Below are positions 44,297 to 55,168 of a DNA stretch of 63,129 bases, piece by piece. The notes below the pieces were generated by a model. That model saw nothing but the letters and a program-made list of their open reading frames with translations, had not been told where the DNA came from and made no database searches. The stretch is taken from UHGV virus genome UHGV-0087599. One strand, 5' to 3'. The stretch is from a virus. Positions within the stretch are counted from its first letter, which is position 1. Every line of letters begins with the position of its first letter. A program made the position numbers and the translations under genes.

Positions 44297-47200
44297 CTAA
44301 CCCCTCGTCTGGTAATAGTTCAACGCGCTTACGGCTGCATCGTATAGGTTCCCGGACGAAAGCTCAAGGTTGGCGAATGCGGTACGCAGTTCTTCCGAGT
44401 CTTCCATCGCGAGCCACCTGTCCTTGTATTCCTTGTTGAAGTCCATGCCGTTCTTCCGAAGCGCTTTGTCGGTTTCCCAGATGAGCATGTAGTCGGAAAT
44501 CTCTTCCGGGGTGAAACCGATTTTTTCGAGCTGGGCCTGACGATAGGCTCTGGCGTCGACGCTGCGGTCAGGTGACGTTATCTTCACACCGGAACGCCGG
44601 ATGCGGGATTCATATTCATCCTTGGCGTTGTAGTACAAAAGCTGGCTCGACTTCCCGGCATTCCCGAACCATGTGGACGTACCAAGTCCACGCAGCAGCG
44701 GGTGCATATCACGAAATTCGGACATGCTCTGCGACCCTTTGTAAAGGGCTTCGTCTTCCACGGCACCCATGACCATGCGCAGGGGACCGGTGAGGATGCT
44801 CTTCGCCATGTAGCGCAGTTGTTCAGGAGCGAAGTCGATGCCGGTCTCGCTGTTGAGGCGTTTCGCCATGTTGTGCCAGATGACCGGGGTGTTCGTTCGT
44901 CCCATAGACGACAGCGCCGTCGTACCCTGGGAAGACTCGCGGGTTATCTCTTGCCCGAAATACGACCGGTTGATGGCAACATCGACAAAGGGGCGCAGGG
45001 GCGGCGGGCAGAGAAACGCTGCCAGATAATCAGCAGGATGTTCCGTGAAGCGATAGTCGGGCCAGTTGCCAGGCATAGTGTTCTTGACCGTGAGGAACAG
45101 CGTATCGAAGGCCAGGTCTTGCGGAGACATGAGACCGCTCGCCACACGTTCCTGACCAACGGACAGCATGGCCGCTATCTGCGGCAGACCAAAACCGACA
45201 GGGAAGCGGATGAAGTCTCCCTCAGACCCCATGCCGATGGGTATGCCGCGCACCAGCTCGGACAGCGACATGGCATCCATACGATACTTGCCATTCTCAT
45301 CCCGGCCAAGGGATTCACGGGCCAGCGGGTACAACATGGAATACGCCCCGTAGGCAGCCAGCAGACCCATGTATCCACGCATCCCCTGTTTGATGATGTC
45401 ACCTGGGGTACGCGCACCGAGACCCAAGGTGCGGGCCAGGGCCACACCAGATTCCACAGTGGGTACGACATAGGGAAACAGGACGCGAAGGTACGGCGTC
45501 AGTTCACCACGATGGCTCAGGTTCATCATCTCCAGCACGCCACGGGCCGCACGGCTTGCCGGTACTCCGGCTTCGCGCAGGGTGACGAACTGGGCAAAAG
45601 CACCCGCATTCTGGAAGAAGTCGTTCCAGCCATCCAGTACACGCATGACTTGGTTCTTCGACGTGCCGAGACTTCTCAGCCAGCGTGCTACGCTGGGGCC
45701 CCCATAACCGACGATGGTCTTCTCCAGTCGGGAAGAAGCATCCGGCAGTCCAGAGATGGTCCCGGATTCTTCGACCGGAGACCGCTGTCCCTGGATGTAT
45801 TTCTGGAACAGACCGCCGCGACGGTATTCATCCAGATATTGGTACATGGGATTCGATTCGTCGAGCCTGCCCTGCATGATGTCCAGCAAGGCTTTGGATG
45901 TCCTCGGCGTGTTCGCCAGCACTTTAGCTGCCAGAGAGCTGCCTTTAATGCGAGTGCCATCTTCAGCGTAGTAGTCTCGGTTCACCATGTTGGATGCACG
46001 TTCCATCACATCACGAGAACCGGACAACGGAGCGAACAGAGGCGAGAACCGCGTATTGAGCTGGCTGACAAGACTGGTGAAACGCCCGGCAGCTTCGACT
46101 GGCAACCCGGCGCTGCCCAGCTTGTAATCACTGGACATGGCATTGTTGAGCATTTCACCGGTGAGACCGGATTCCACATGGGACCACTTGGGGTCGAAGC
46201 GAAGGTAACGCCTTTTGATGACAGTCTCACCGTCAGCAGTAGGCGTAGGTACATCTGCCACGATACCACCCCCGGTAAGGAGCTGGTCAGCGATGGCGCG
46301 CTGCTTGGGGTTCGTGCTGTGAGCCATCCGCATGAGGGAGGCGTAATCGTAGGTCTTGATACCAGAAGCGTCGATAGCGCCGGTCTCCAGCAGATGGTCA
46401 GCAACGGCGAACATGTTCACAGCAAACTCACGGGAACCGACTTCGGTCGCCGCCCGGTTGATGTAGAAGAACAGCGTGTCATACGCGCTGTCAGGACGGG
46501 ACGACCGACCCTGGATGGCGTAGTACGACCCGGGGTTGTATGCCGTGCTGTCGTTCGATACACCGAGCAGGTTGCTTTCACGGGTTCTGATAGCGACGTA
46601 ATGCTCGAACCCTGGGAAGCTGTCCAACACTTCTCGCGAGACGACACCAGCCTTGACGCGTTCTTCAAGCACCATGTCGAAAAGACCGGAGATACCATCA
46701 GCGATGGTGTCAGCTTCTTCTTTGGAAAGACCGGTCTCTCGCAGGATGCGGTCCATCTCGAACTGCGCCTCTCCGTTGGTGTAACCTGCGGACACGAGGT
46801 CTTCGGGGAGGTCGGTAGTTTCGTCGATGAAGTCTTCGAGCTGTTCGATGTTGCGCTCCAGCTCCATCAGACGCTTCTTGTCCCTGCCGTTCATGTCAGG
46901 GCCCTTGCTCACGATGTCTTCAGCTTCATCCATCCAGCGCCCGAGCAGCAAATCGTTGGTCTCCGGGATGTGCCTGCACACAGCGTAGTGGCCCATAACA
47001 CGCGCAAGGTCTTCCAGGCTGCCCGTCCAACCGATACGACGGGCAACAGGTTCGAGCGATTGTGTGAAGCTCGCGACACGGTCGCGCATGAGCAGATTCA
47101 GTGCGCGTACTTTCTGAGGCGTCTGGTCAAAGATGCGCCAGAGAGTGTTCTCGTTCGTCGGGCGGTTGGCCTGGTCAGCAAAGAGTCTGGCCCACTTGGC

Positions 47201-47638
47201 GAAGCCGCCGCGAATGTTCACGAACTTCGTGTAGATACCATTCTGGAAGTTCAACCACCACGAGGCAGCACCAAGACTGGTGTTCGTCGCCATGCGAACG
47301 GCTTCATCAAATTCTTCGTTACGCCTGGACACGGCTTCATCAGCCAGCTCTTTCATGCGCGCCATGCGGGCGGCTGCTTTGCGGGCAGCCGCCTGGTCGG
47401 AAGCGCTGGGTTCTTCCGCCGTGTATTGGGTACTACGAGAAAGCTCATCGAAAGACGCATAGATGTCTTCACGCTCACGCTGCTCTCGTGCCGCATGGAG
47501 TGCTTCATCGCCAGCAGGGTTCCCTGCACTATCCATACGGGAAGCCTGCTGCGGGCCGAAACCCGTGGGGTTATCAAGTCCGGCCCGCAGGAACTCGGTA
47601 TCGTTAGGACATTCAGCCATGTCTGTTATCCTCAGCAC
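44297..47638 (-). CDS. large virion or internal (ejection) protein, 1113 aa
   Basis: Size and position in the structural block; no catalytic motif recognised. Confidence 0.5.
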   Translation of the reverse strand: MLRITDMAECPNDTEFLRAGLDNPTGFGPQQASRMDSAGNPAGDEALHAAREQREREDIYASFDELSRSTQYTAEEPSASDQAAARKAAARMARMKELADEAVSRRNEEFDEAVRMATNTSLGAASWWLNFQNGIYTKFVNIRGGFAKWARLFADQANRPTNENTLWRIFDQTPQKVRALNLLMRDRVASFTQSLEPVARRIGWTGSLEDLARVMGHYAVCRHIPETNDLLLGRWMDEAEDIVSKGPDMNGRDKKRLMELERNIEQLEDFIDETTDLPEDLVSAGYTNGEAQFEMDRILRETGLSKEEADTIADGISGLFDMVLEERVKAGVVSREVLDSFPGFEHYVAIRTRESNLLGVSNDSTAYNPGSYYAIQGRSSRPDSAYDTLFFYINRAATEVGSREFAVNMFAVADHLLETGAIDASGIKTYDYASLMRMAHSTNPKQRAIADQLLTGGGIVADVPTPTADGETVIKRRYLRFDPKWSHVESGLTGEMLNNAMSSDYKLGSAGLPVEAAGRFTSLVSQLNTRFSPLFAPLSGSRDVMERASNMVNRDYYAEDGTRIKGSSLAAKVLANTPRTSKALLDIMQGRLDESNPMYQYLDEYRRGGLFQKYIQGQRSPVEESGTISGLPDASSRLEKTIVGYGGPSVARWLRSLGTSKNQVMRVLDGWNDFFQNAGAFAQFVTLREAGVPASRAARGVLEMMNLSHRGELTPYLRVLFPYVVPTVESGVALARTLGLGARTPGDIIKQGMRGYMGLLAAYGAYSMLYPLARESLGRDENGKYRMDAMSLSELVRGIPIGMGSEGDFIRFPVGFGLPQIAAMLSVGQERVASGLMSPQDLAFDTLFLTVKNTMPGNWPDYRFTEHPADYLAAFLCPPPLRPFVDVAINRSYFGQEITRESSQGTTALSSMGRTNTPVIWHNMAKRLNSETGIDFAPEQLRYMAKSILTGPLRMVMGAVEDEALYKGSQSMSEFRDMHPLLRGLGTSTWFGNAGKSSQLLYYNAKDEYESRIRRSGVKITSPDRSVDARAYRQAQLEKIGFTPEEISDYMLIWETDKALRKNGMDFNKEYKDRWLAMEDSEELRTAFANLELSSGNLYDAAVSALNYYQTRG

Positions 47639-50600
47639 TTCCGTGCACGTTTGGTGACTTTCTTGACAGCCTCGGCAGTGGTCAAAGAACTGTCTGTCTT
47701 GTTGACATTGAAGCCCAGGTCATGTGCCATGGACTTCCAGTTGGACTGGATGTCGGCAAAGTCCCGCGTGTCGATGGACGGCAGGTCTGTATTTTTACGC
47801 AGATAGTTGAGGGCCTGGACTTCTTTGTCTGTCAGCTTGAGCCTGGGATTCGCTTCCTTGGTCAACAGGCGCAGGACTTTACCGTACCCCATGTTGATGT
47901 CGAGCTTGGGAGAGTTGAAGGCGTCTCGCATGACCTGCTCGGGGATGTCGCGGATGAAGTCCGTGATGTCCCCCAGGGATACAGGCTCAGACTCCAGGGC
48001 TTCCAGATTGGCTGCTTCCTTGGCGGCCACGGCCTGAGCTTTCTCGGCCCGCTGCAAGGCATCCAGGATACCCGCCTGTGCGGCTTCCTTCGGGTGCTGC
48101 TCGATAAGCGGCTGGAGAGCATCGCGGGCTTCCTTCGTCGTCGAAGCATTCAGAGCCTTCGACGCCTGTGTGAAATAGTCCGGCACCGGAGGTGTCTCGA
48201 TGGTCCCCAACACAGCATCCAGGTCAGCGTTGATGACAGGAGATTCCCCGCCTCTCTGTCTCGCGTACCATCCGAGAGCGGACAAACCTGTGGAGTGTCT
48301 GTTACCGTGAGGATGCAGCGCAGCAGACGCCGTAGAGATGGCAAAGATTTTCTCCGCATCATCGAGGGAATCCTGCAAGGCTCTACCCAACATCAAGTCG
48401 TCGAAGAGCGCAGCACTGGAGGTCGCGTTCAAATCTACCCGGGAGAAATCCAGCTTTCCGTAAGGATTTACTCGGTCCCGTGCGGGAGTCTCAGTCCTGG
48501 AGCGTTTGTTGCGGCCAGTGTTTGCTGCATCCCCACCATCGCTCTTCCCTGCGCTTCGCGCAGTCCGAGGGCTTCCTGTGCTCTCACCTGTTGTTGCAGG
48601 CTGCGCGGTTGCATCGCCAACACTTCGTTCTCCGTCGGCTGGCGTGGCTTTTCGAGCCCTCTTGCGGACAATAACTCCCGCATCCGGCGCAGTCGTTCCG
48701 GCAGTCTGTGCCGGGGCCCCAGCATCCCCTCGTTTTGTAACCGCCGAACCGCCATCAACAGCTTGTGCAAGAGCGGCAGCGGTAGCGGTTCCAGCATCGG
48801 GCGCGGTACCGGGTTCCCCTGCAACAACAGGAGCAACACTTTCTGCAACAGGTCGGTTCGTTGCGTCTTGTCCATCATTTCCCACGACGGCAGCTTGTTT
48901 GCTTCGGCTGCCTCTTTTACTGGGTCGTGTCGGTTTTGCACCATTGGTGGTGTCCTCCTGGGAAAGTTCTGCGGCCAGGCTGGCAGCACTGTCTCGCAGC
49001 GTATTCGGCCCAAGCTGCTGCTCGAACCAGGGAGAAAGCTCCGCATAGTTGGCGGGGTTCAGCTCATCAATACGGGCCCAGACCTGTACACGTTCAGGTT
49101 CCGTCAGACTGTTTCCGAACCGTCCGACATAATCCTGGATAGCCTTGATGTCGGCATTGGGGAGGAAATCCTTCAATGCCTGGCGCGCAGGCTCGACCAC
49201 AGGCTGCTGCACAGGTTCGGTCACGGGCTGCTGCACAGGCTCGGCCACAGGCTGCTGCACAGGTTCGGTCACGGGCTGCCGCACAGGCTCGGTCACAGGC
49301 TGTTGCACAGGTTCGGTCACGGGCTGCTGCACAGGCTCGGCTTCGGTCTGACGTACCTTCGCGGGTGTGGGTTGCTCCGTTGCATTGGGGGGTTCAGCAG
49401 CGACATGTTCGGGCGTGATGAGACGGTCACTGAAAAGGTCGTTGAGGTACGTTTCATCATTGAGACGCTTCGCCACTTCCTGAACGATTTGACGTTCGCG
49501 CCGCGACTTGAAAATATTGTTGAAGCCCGGCATCGAGACACGGCTGTTGACTTCGGCCCTGAGCTGTTCGACAGACATGCCGGTGAATTTCAACAGACCG
49601 TTGATGTAGTCCCCGATGTAGAGGTCGTTGCGGAATTTTGCATTGGCCTTCGCATCAGCGCTGTCATTGGGACGTGTCGTGACGAAGTTATTCTCAGCCG
49701 TGCTTTTGTCCGTGAACATCCCTCGAAGCATACTTGCGACATCATCACTGATGCCGATGTAACGCTTGTTACGTCCCGCGTAAGGTTTGAACGTGGACGA
49801 ACCCGCCGTCTTCACTGCGGATGCGTCGGTCGCTTCGGCGGCATTGGAGACACCCGCACCATCAGAACCCGACGGACCGATGGGTTCGACAGGAGATGTG
49901 GCAGAATCCGCAGCATCGGCAGGAGGCTGCGTTGTGGCCGTCGTTCGTTCGACGGGACGCCGTGATGTGGCCGGAGCGGCGTTGAACGGGGCGAACGGAA
50001 CACCGGTCACAGCACCGGCGAGAGCCGCATCCAGGACGTTCTCAGACAAAGGTGCAGCCAGACCGGTATTCTGGTTGAAGACTACGTTCTCACCGAATTG
50101 TTGCCCGGCATTCATCATGGCGCCTTCAAGCATGGAAGCAGGAAGGGCACGCACCGAACGGGCCAAAAGCCCCTGCGATGCGACATCCGTACCTGCGTTA
50201 GCCAGCCGTTGCATGGCGCCACCGCCGATACCTCGCTGGGCCAGAGCAGCCGCACCACGAGAGATAGGCGCCAAGGCGCTGCGGGCGAAGACGCCACCAG
50301 GCAGCGCATTCGCGGCAAACCCAGTCAGACCGGCACCGGCAGAGCCCGCCTCGATGGCCTGCATCTGCTGCTGGTCACTGAGGTTGGGGTCATTCACCAC
50401 GCGTCGCGTGTAGCTCCCGACACCCGTCGGGACACCAGCGAGACCACCAAGCAAGGCGCCACCCACAGCGCCACCCACAGCGCCGGGGAGACCAAGGGTC
50501 GCGCCCAGGGCACTGCCGGTCTTGGCACCGACGACAGCACCGGCAAGACCGGCGCCCAGGTCGCCGATGGTATCGGCCATGGTATCGAGAGGATTGGTAA

Positions 50601-51294
50601 CGACATGCGTGAGCGTACCAAGACGGCCTTCAGCGCGCAGACGTTCCTGCTCCTGCCAGTAAGGGTTGGCAGCGATAGCTTGCTGCCTACGTTCTTCACC
50701 GCGTTTGGCGATGAGCTTTTTTTCTTCAGCAGAAGCCCCCAGCATATCGAGGTTGTCACCGAAGGTGGAGATACCTTCCTTGACACGGGAGAAGAGCGAA
50801 CCCCAATCGTTATCTTCGATAGCGCGCAACTGCTGCCTTCGTGCCGCTTCGTGCTCGGCCAGCCCTTCGCGTATGAGTGCAGCAGCAGGGATTTTGAGCG
50901 TCTTCTCAAGGCGAGGGATGTCCTCTTTGCGGATGGATTCGAGGACTTCTGCCTGTCCTTCAGTAGACAGCTCGGGAAGATTGGCAAGTTTTTTGGATAC
51001 GACAGGGTCGTTCGACAAAGCAAACTTCGCCCTGTCATTGGTCATGGCCTCGAAGTTTCGGGTAGCCAGTTTTTCTGTGCCACCATAGACAGGTTCATAG
51101 ATGGGGTTCCCCTGTTCATCGAGACCACGGTAAATGTGATACACCTTACCGGCGCCGCGTCCCCCTCCCGCACCGCCACCACGCTGTCCGCGAGCCATTG
51201 CGGCATACAGCATAGACAAGGACCTCAAGTCCTTCGTGTAGTCGGGGGCTTCGAAAGGACGTATGTTGACAGTGGGGAGGGAAAACTGCGGCAT
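47632..51294 (-). CDS. large internal virion protein, 1220 aa, with glycine-zipper segment and EPVQQPV repeats
   Basis: GAGLAGAVVGAKTGSALGATLGLPGAVGGAVGGALLGGLAG; repeat tract around 49170..49340; extensive low-complexity A/T/G-rich region. Confidence 0.5.
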   Translation of the reverse strand: MPQFSLPTVNIRPFEAPDYTKDLRSLSMLYAAMARGQRGGGAGGGRGAGKVYHIYRGLDEQGNPIYEPVYGGTEKLATRNFEAMTNDRAKFALSNDPVVSKKLANLPELSTEGQAEVLESIRKEDIPRLEKTLKIPAAALIREGLAEHEAARRQQLRAIEDNDWGSLFSRVKEGISTFGDNLDMLGASAEEKKLIAKRGEERRQQAIAANPYWQEQERLRAEGRLGTLTHVVTNPLDTMADTIGDLGAGLAGAVVGAKTGSALGATLGLPGAVGGAVGGALLGGLAGVPTGVGSYTRRVVNDPNLSDQQQMQAIEAGSAGAGLTGFAANALPGGVFARSALAPISRGAAALAQRGIGGGAMQRLANAGTDVASQGLLARSVRALPASMLEGAMMNAGQQFGENVVFNQNTGLAAPLSENVLDAALAGAVTGVPFAPFNAAPATSRRPVERTTATTQPPADAADSATSPVEPIGPSGSDGAGVSNAAEATDASAVKTAGSSTFKPYAGRNKRYIGISDDVASMLRGMFTDKSTAENNFVTTRPNDSADAKANAKFRNDLYIGDYINGLLKFTGMSVEQLRAEVNSRVSMPGFNNIFKSRRERQIVQEVAKRLNDETYLNDLFSDRLITPEHVAAEPPNATEQPTPAKVRQTEAEPVQQPVTEPVQQPVTEPVRQPVTEPVQQPVAEPVQQPVTEPVQQPVVEPARQALKDFLPNADIKAIQDYVGRFGNSLTEPERVQVWARIDELNPANYAELSPWFEQQLGPNTLRDSAASLAAELSQEDTTNGAKPTRPSKRGSRSKQAAVVGNDGQDATNRPVAESVAPVVAGEPGTAPDAGTATAAALAQAVDGGSAVTKRGDAGAPAQTAGTTAPDAGVIVRKRARKATPADGERSVGDATAQPATTGESTGSPRTARSAGKSDGGDAANTGRNKRSRTETPARDRVNPYGKLDFSRVDLNATSSAALFDDLMLGRALQDSLDDAEKIFAISTASAALHPHGNRHSTGLSALGWYARQRGGESPVINADLDAVLGTIETPPVPDYFTQASKALNASTTKEARDALQPLIEQHPKEAAQAGILDALQRAEKAQAVAAKEAANLEALESEPVSLGDITDFIRDIPEQVMRDAFNSPKLDINMGYGKVLRLLTKEANPRLKLTDKEVQALNYLRKNTDLPSIDTRDFADIQSNWKSMAHDLGFNVNKTDSSLTTAEAVKKVTKRARKC

Positions 51295-51299
51295 GATGT

Positions 51300-51524
51300 T
51301 TACTCCAGGGTAACGGCTTCGATGATGCGACGCAAATCAGCATCATAAGGAGAGACATCACCAGAGACGACACTTTTGGATGTGCTGTCTTGACCAAGCT
51401 CACGCAAAGCCGATTCGAGCATATACATATTCTGGTGGTACTGTTCGTCGTCCATGAACTGCGTCTTATCGACAATAGACGCACCGGACTCAGCACCTTT
51501 GATGGTATCCAAAAGCATACTCAT
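51300..51524 (-). CDS. hypothetical small protein, 74 aa
   Basis: ORF. Confidence 0.35.
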   Translation of the reverse strand: MSMLLDTIKGAESGASIVDKTQFMDDEQYHQNMYMLESALRELGQDSTSKSVVSGDVSPYDADLRRIIEAVTLE

Positions 51525-51534
51525 GGTCTAGTCC

Positions 51535-52512
51535 TTACTGTGCCACCGTGGGCGCAGCCTGCTGCGGCTGCCGGATGTAGTCCTTACCAGACAGGAGAGC
51601 GGCGAGCAGGGCAGGCAATTGCATGTAGGCCGGGAGCTGGTCGATGTCAGCCGCCACACGTCCCAGGGTGGCAGCAGAGGAATTGGGGTCGTAGGTGGGC
51701 CCAAGTCGCTGGCCGAGCTCCCGTGCCGAAGGGAAGCCGCCAAGCACCTGCGCCGTGCGCGGGTCTCTGGCAAGGGTCATGGCCTGCGACATGATTTCAC
51801 CTTCATCATAGGACATGTCGATAGGACGGTCAGGATACACCACCGTCTCGGCAGGCGCGGGCTGGGCAGGTGCCGGAGCCGTGGTGCGCACTTCTTCCTT
51901 GAGCGGGAAGGGACCTTCCCCGGAGAGTTTGAGACCCCGGCGTGCTGCGGGCGCAGCGGCAGTGGTCGCAGTAGAACGCTGCGCAGGGGCAGCAGGCGCG
52001 GCACGCCGTACCGGAGCGGTCGCCTGCTGGAGAGCAGGACCGGTAGGCACCTGCATGAACGGCATAAGGCCGGGCATCTCTCGCACCATGGGGTCGATGA
52101 CAGCACCGTTCACCACATGCGGATACTGCGACGGGAACCCGACCAACGGTTGGACACCGACATTGCCGTAGGGGTCCATGGTGGTGCGAAAAGCTGCCGT
52201 GGCATACGGGTTACTCTGATGCATCACCGGGGGCATCCCGGCGGCCTCATATCCGGCACGCGCGCCGGGGGCAGAGTAGTGCGCCCCGGATGCCTGAGTG
52301 GCGACCATGCCGGGGACAGGGGCGGCAACATAACCACCAGCAGGGGGCGCAGCCGCAGCTTGTGCGACGCTGTTGGCGAGCTGCATAGCAGGATGGTCGA
52401 CAGGAAGATACCATTCCTGCGCTCCCATGACGTTGTTGAGATGTTCTTCGGAGATGGCCTGTGCACGGGCTTCCGCCAGAGCGCGAGCAATCGCAGGGTC
52501 AACAGTAGGCAT
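51535..52512 (-). CDS. Pro/Ala-rich virion protein, 325 aa
   Basis: ORF. Confidence 0.4.
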   Translation of the reverse strand: MPTVDPAIARALAEARAQAISEEHLNNVMGAQEWYLPVDHPAMQLANSVAQAAAAPPAGGYVAAPVPGMVATQASGAHYSAPGARAGYEAAGMPPVMHQSNPYATAAFRTTMDPYGNVGVQPLVGFPSQYPHVVNGAVIDPMVREMPGLMPFMQVPTGPALQQATAPVRRAAPAAPAQRSTATTAAAPAARRGLKLSGEGPFPLKEEVRTTAPAPAQPAPAETVVYPDRPIDMSYDEGEIMSQAMTLARDPRTAQVLGGFPSARELGQRLGPTYDPNSSAATLGRVAADIDQLPAYMQLPALLAALLSGKDYIRQPQQAAPTVAQ

Positions 52513-52523
52513 GGTAGAACTCC

Positions 52524-53003
52524 TTACATGGAAGAGGGATTAGTCTGCGAGGGAACCGCGCCGCCGAGACCACTACCGAGCAGGGCACGGTACAGTGCGA
52601 TGTCCATGGGATTCAACCCGCCGCCAGCAGCCCCGGCACCGGCCAGCATACCCGGCATCTGCCGGTACATGTTGGCGAGCAACTGCTGTTCGAGCTGCGC
52701 GTTTTGCGGCGCGTACAAACTGGCGTAGTAGTTGCGGGCCATGAGGGCCGGATGCAGGATCCAGTTCTGTGCCGTGGTCATGCGATTGTTCAGTACACCA
52801 AGCCCCGAATTGCGGGCGGCGTCATAAACAATTTGCATCCGGGGGTTGAACGTTTGTTCAGTGAAGGCATTTTCGAGCTGTCCGGCTTGGACCTTGTTAT
52901 ACTGGTTCAAGTCGGTCCAGTTATCCTGGACGGCCATACGTTCGCCTTCGACGAATCCAGGAAGTGCTCGCCCAATGGCGGCGAAAAGGCTACCGAAATC
53001 CAT
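52524..53003 (-). CDS. hypothetical virion protein, 159 aa
   Basis: ORF. Confidence 0.4.
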   Translation of the reverse strand: MDFGSLFAAIGRALPGFVEGERMAVQDNWTDLNQYNKVQAGQLENAFTEQTFNPRMQIVYDAARNSGLGVLNNRMTTAQNWILHPALMARNYYASLYAPQNAQLEQQLLANMYRQMPGMLAGAGAAGGGLNPMDIALYRALLGSGLGGAVPSQTNPSSM

Positions 53004-53014
53004 ACATCATGCTC

Positions 53015-53929
53015 CTATATAGCGAGACCACCACCCGGGGCGGCGGGGTTCGTGGCACCGGCAGCGAGTGAGACGATGCCTCCGTTACCGGCCTGTCCGT
53101 TAGTACCCAGATAGGTCGTAGGGTATACGGTATCGAATCTGGCACCGTAATACCCCAACGCCATGCCGATACTTCCAAACGCTTTGTTGGCGATACCTGA
53201 CACATCATTCATCAGAGAACGTGCCACATCACCATATTTTATCGCCATGGAACCAAGGTTTCGACCCAGATTGAGTACATTACCTCTACGGTTCCAGCGC
53301 TGGTCACGCTTGAAGTCGACGAACCAGGTGTCATCACGAAGGTTGTAATTTTCCGTATCCACCAGCATCAGACTGCGACCAAAAGACATCCGCGCCATCA
53401 TGGACGGGTCGATGCACAACCGTTCGGCCTTGGCCCTGCGGGAGAGAAATGCCCCGACAGTATCATAGGCACTGTTGACAGCATCTTCCGCCCGGGCCCG
53501 GTCATCGAGACAATCCATCTCCGCTACGGGCGCGGTGGAGACTTCTTGCAGCAGTTTCTCTTCAAGCGGACGATACCTTTTATCGAACCTGTCCCACTTG
53601 TATTTTGCCTGCTGATAGTAGCCTTCAGCGAGGTCCTGCTGCTTGTCTGCTATCTGCCCCTGGATGATGGCGTTCAGGGTGGCAATGGCTATCTGCGCTG
53701 CCTTGAAGAAGTTCGACCAGGCATTCTCACCCACCGGACCATATTCGGGTGCGGCCCAGTGGCAAAACCTGAGTGTGTCGAGAACACCAGAAGAACCACC
53801 ATGGCCTGCCCCATGTAATGTCTTGTCTATCTTGTCGCCTGCGCCGTCGATGCTTTTGGAGACCTTGCTCGACGCCTGATTGATGGCATTGGCTACGGCT
53901 TGGGGGTTGGCACAAGTGCATTCAGCCAT
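53015..53929 (-). CDS. hypothetical virion protein, 304 aa
   Basis: ORF. Confidence 0.4.
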   Translation of the reverse strand: MAECTCANPQAVANAINQASSKVSKSIDGAGDKIDKTLHGAGHGGSSGVLDTLRFCHWAAPEYGPVGENAWSNFFKAAQIAIATLNAIIQGQIADKQQDLAEGYYQQAKYKWDRFDKRYRPLEEKLLQEVSTAPVAEMDCLDDRARAEDAVNSAYDTVGAFLSRRAKAERLCIDPSMMARMSFGRSLMLVDTENYNLRDDTWFVDFKRDQRWNRRGNVLNLGRNLGSMAIKYGDVARSLMNDVSGIANKAFGSIGMALGYYGARFDTVYPTTYLGTNGQAGNGGIVSLAAGATNPAAPGGGLAI

Positions 53930-53935
53930 AGGTTA

Positions 53936-54667
53936 CTACCCTCCTTTGGGCGCTTCGCGAGCAGGCTGTTGCGTAACGACATTACCAGCGAGATACGTCG
54001 TAGGATAATGCGTCGGGTTGCGGTTCAGTTCATAACCAAGATACTTGCCAGCGCCTACAAGGCCCTGCCATGTCTGGTCAAGGAGGTCTCCATAGATACC
54101 CGCTGATGCGGCACCGAGAGACACCACATCTGTGATGATGTCACGCCCACGTTTCGCCGTATTCAGCATCTTCTCGAACCGCACGTCGTTGCGCGTCTCG
54201 ACATAGGCGCGCTCGTTACGATACCCCAGACCATCCGCCATAGCCACGGCATCGGCCTGGGCCATCATCACCTGTGTGAGTATGTCTCCACGCAGACCGG
54301 TGCAGTACCGGCTCAGGCAACGCATGGGTTTACGCAGCTTGCCCTGGAACTCTATCCACGCGCTCGTTCGGGCCCTCCCCCGCGCTATATCATACAAGGG
54401 TTCCGCCACTTCCAGGTTCAGAGCTTCATCTATCTCCTGGTCTTCGACGGGAGCGTAGGCATTCTGGTAGTAGTCCATCCAGTTCTGGGCTATCCGCCAG
54501 TATTTCTTTGCCATCTCCCATTCTTGGATGGCGATGTCATAAGCCTTGTAGGCACTTATGGTCGCGGCAGCCAGAGCGGCAGCGGACAAGATTTCCCCAA
54601 AAAGGCTACGTTCAGAATCGTTTACGCCTCGTTTGGGGTTACACTCGGTATTGTTTGCCATGACCAT
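53936..54667 (-). CDS. hypothetical virion protein, 243 aa
   Basis: ORF. Confidence 0.4.
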   Translation of the reverse strand: MVMANNTECNPKRGVNDSERSLFGEILSAAALAAATISAYKAYDIAIQEWEMAKKYWRIAQNWMDYYQNAYAPVEDQEIDEALNLEVAEPLYDIARGRARTSAWIEFQGKLRKPMRCLSRYCTGLRGDILTQVMMAQADAVAMADGLGYRNERAYVETRNDVRFEKMLNTAKRGRDIITDVVSLGAASAGIYGDLLDQTWQGLVGAGKYLGYELNRNPTHYPTTYLAGNVVTQQPAREAPKGG

Positions 54668-54682
54668 AAGTCAAACCTTCTT

Positions 54683-55153
54683 CTAGCTGTTGGTGTAGCG
54701 AATCTGCGTGGTGCGCGAAGCCTCGCGCCAACGGATGCTCAGATTGGGGGCATGTTCGTGTTCGCCCAGAGAAATCCAGACTTCATCACAACCCATGAAA
54801 CGCACGGCATTTTCCATGTAGCGGAACAGTTCCCCTTCACACAGCTTGTCCCCGCCAGCGTACCAGTCTTCAATTTGGAACACCTGCGAGTTGTACGCCA
54901 GCGGGCGGAACGGGATGCCAATGAGGTATCCGACGGGCTTGTCATGCTCATCCCAGGCCATGAAAATCTTCAGTGCCTTGGTGAACCAGAGCTGTGCGAA
55001 CGTCTGCACGTTCATGTCGAACGGCTTGCCGTAGATGCGCTGCTTTTCGTTGACCCAGGACGCCGTGTAAAGCGGGGCGAACTCTCGCGTCAAATCGTCC
55101 AGGGCGATGTTGATGTCCTTGTCGGGTTCCAGAATGTCGATGCGATAGTCCAT
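54683..55153 (-). CDS. hypothetical protein, 156 aa
   Basis: ORF. Confidence 0.4.
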   Translation of the reverse strand: MDYRIDILEPDKDINIALDDLTREFAPLYTASWVNEKQRIYGKPFDMNVQTFAQLWFTKALKIFMAWDEHDKPVGYLIGIPFRPLAYNSQVFQIEDWYAGGDKLCEGELFRYMENAVRFMGCDEVWISLGEHEHAPNLSIRWREASRTTQIRYTNS

Positions 55154-55168
55154 GGTGTCGTTCTCCTG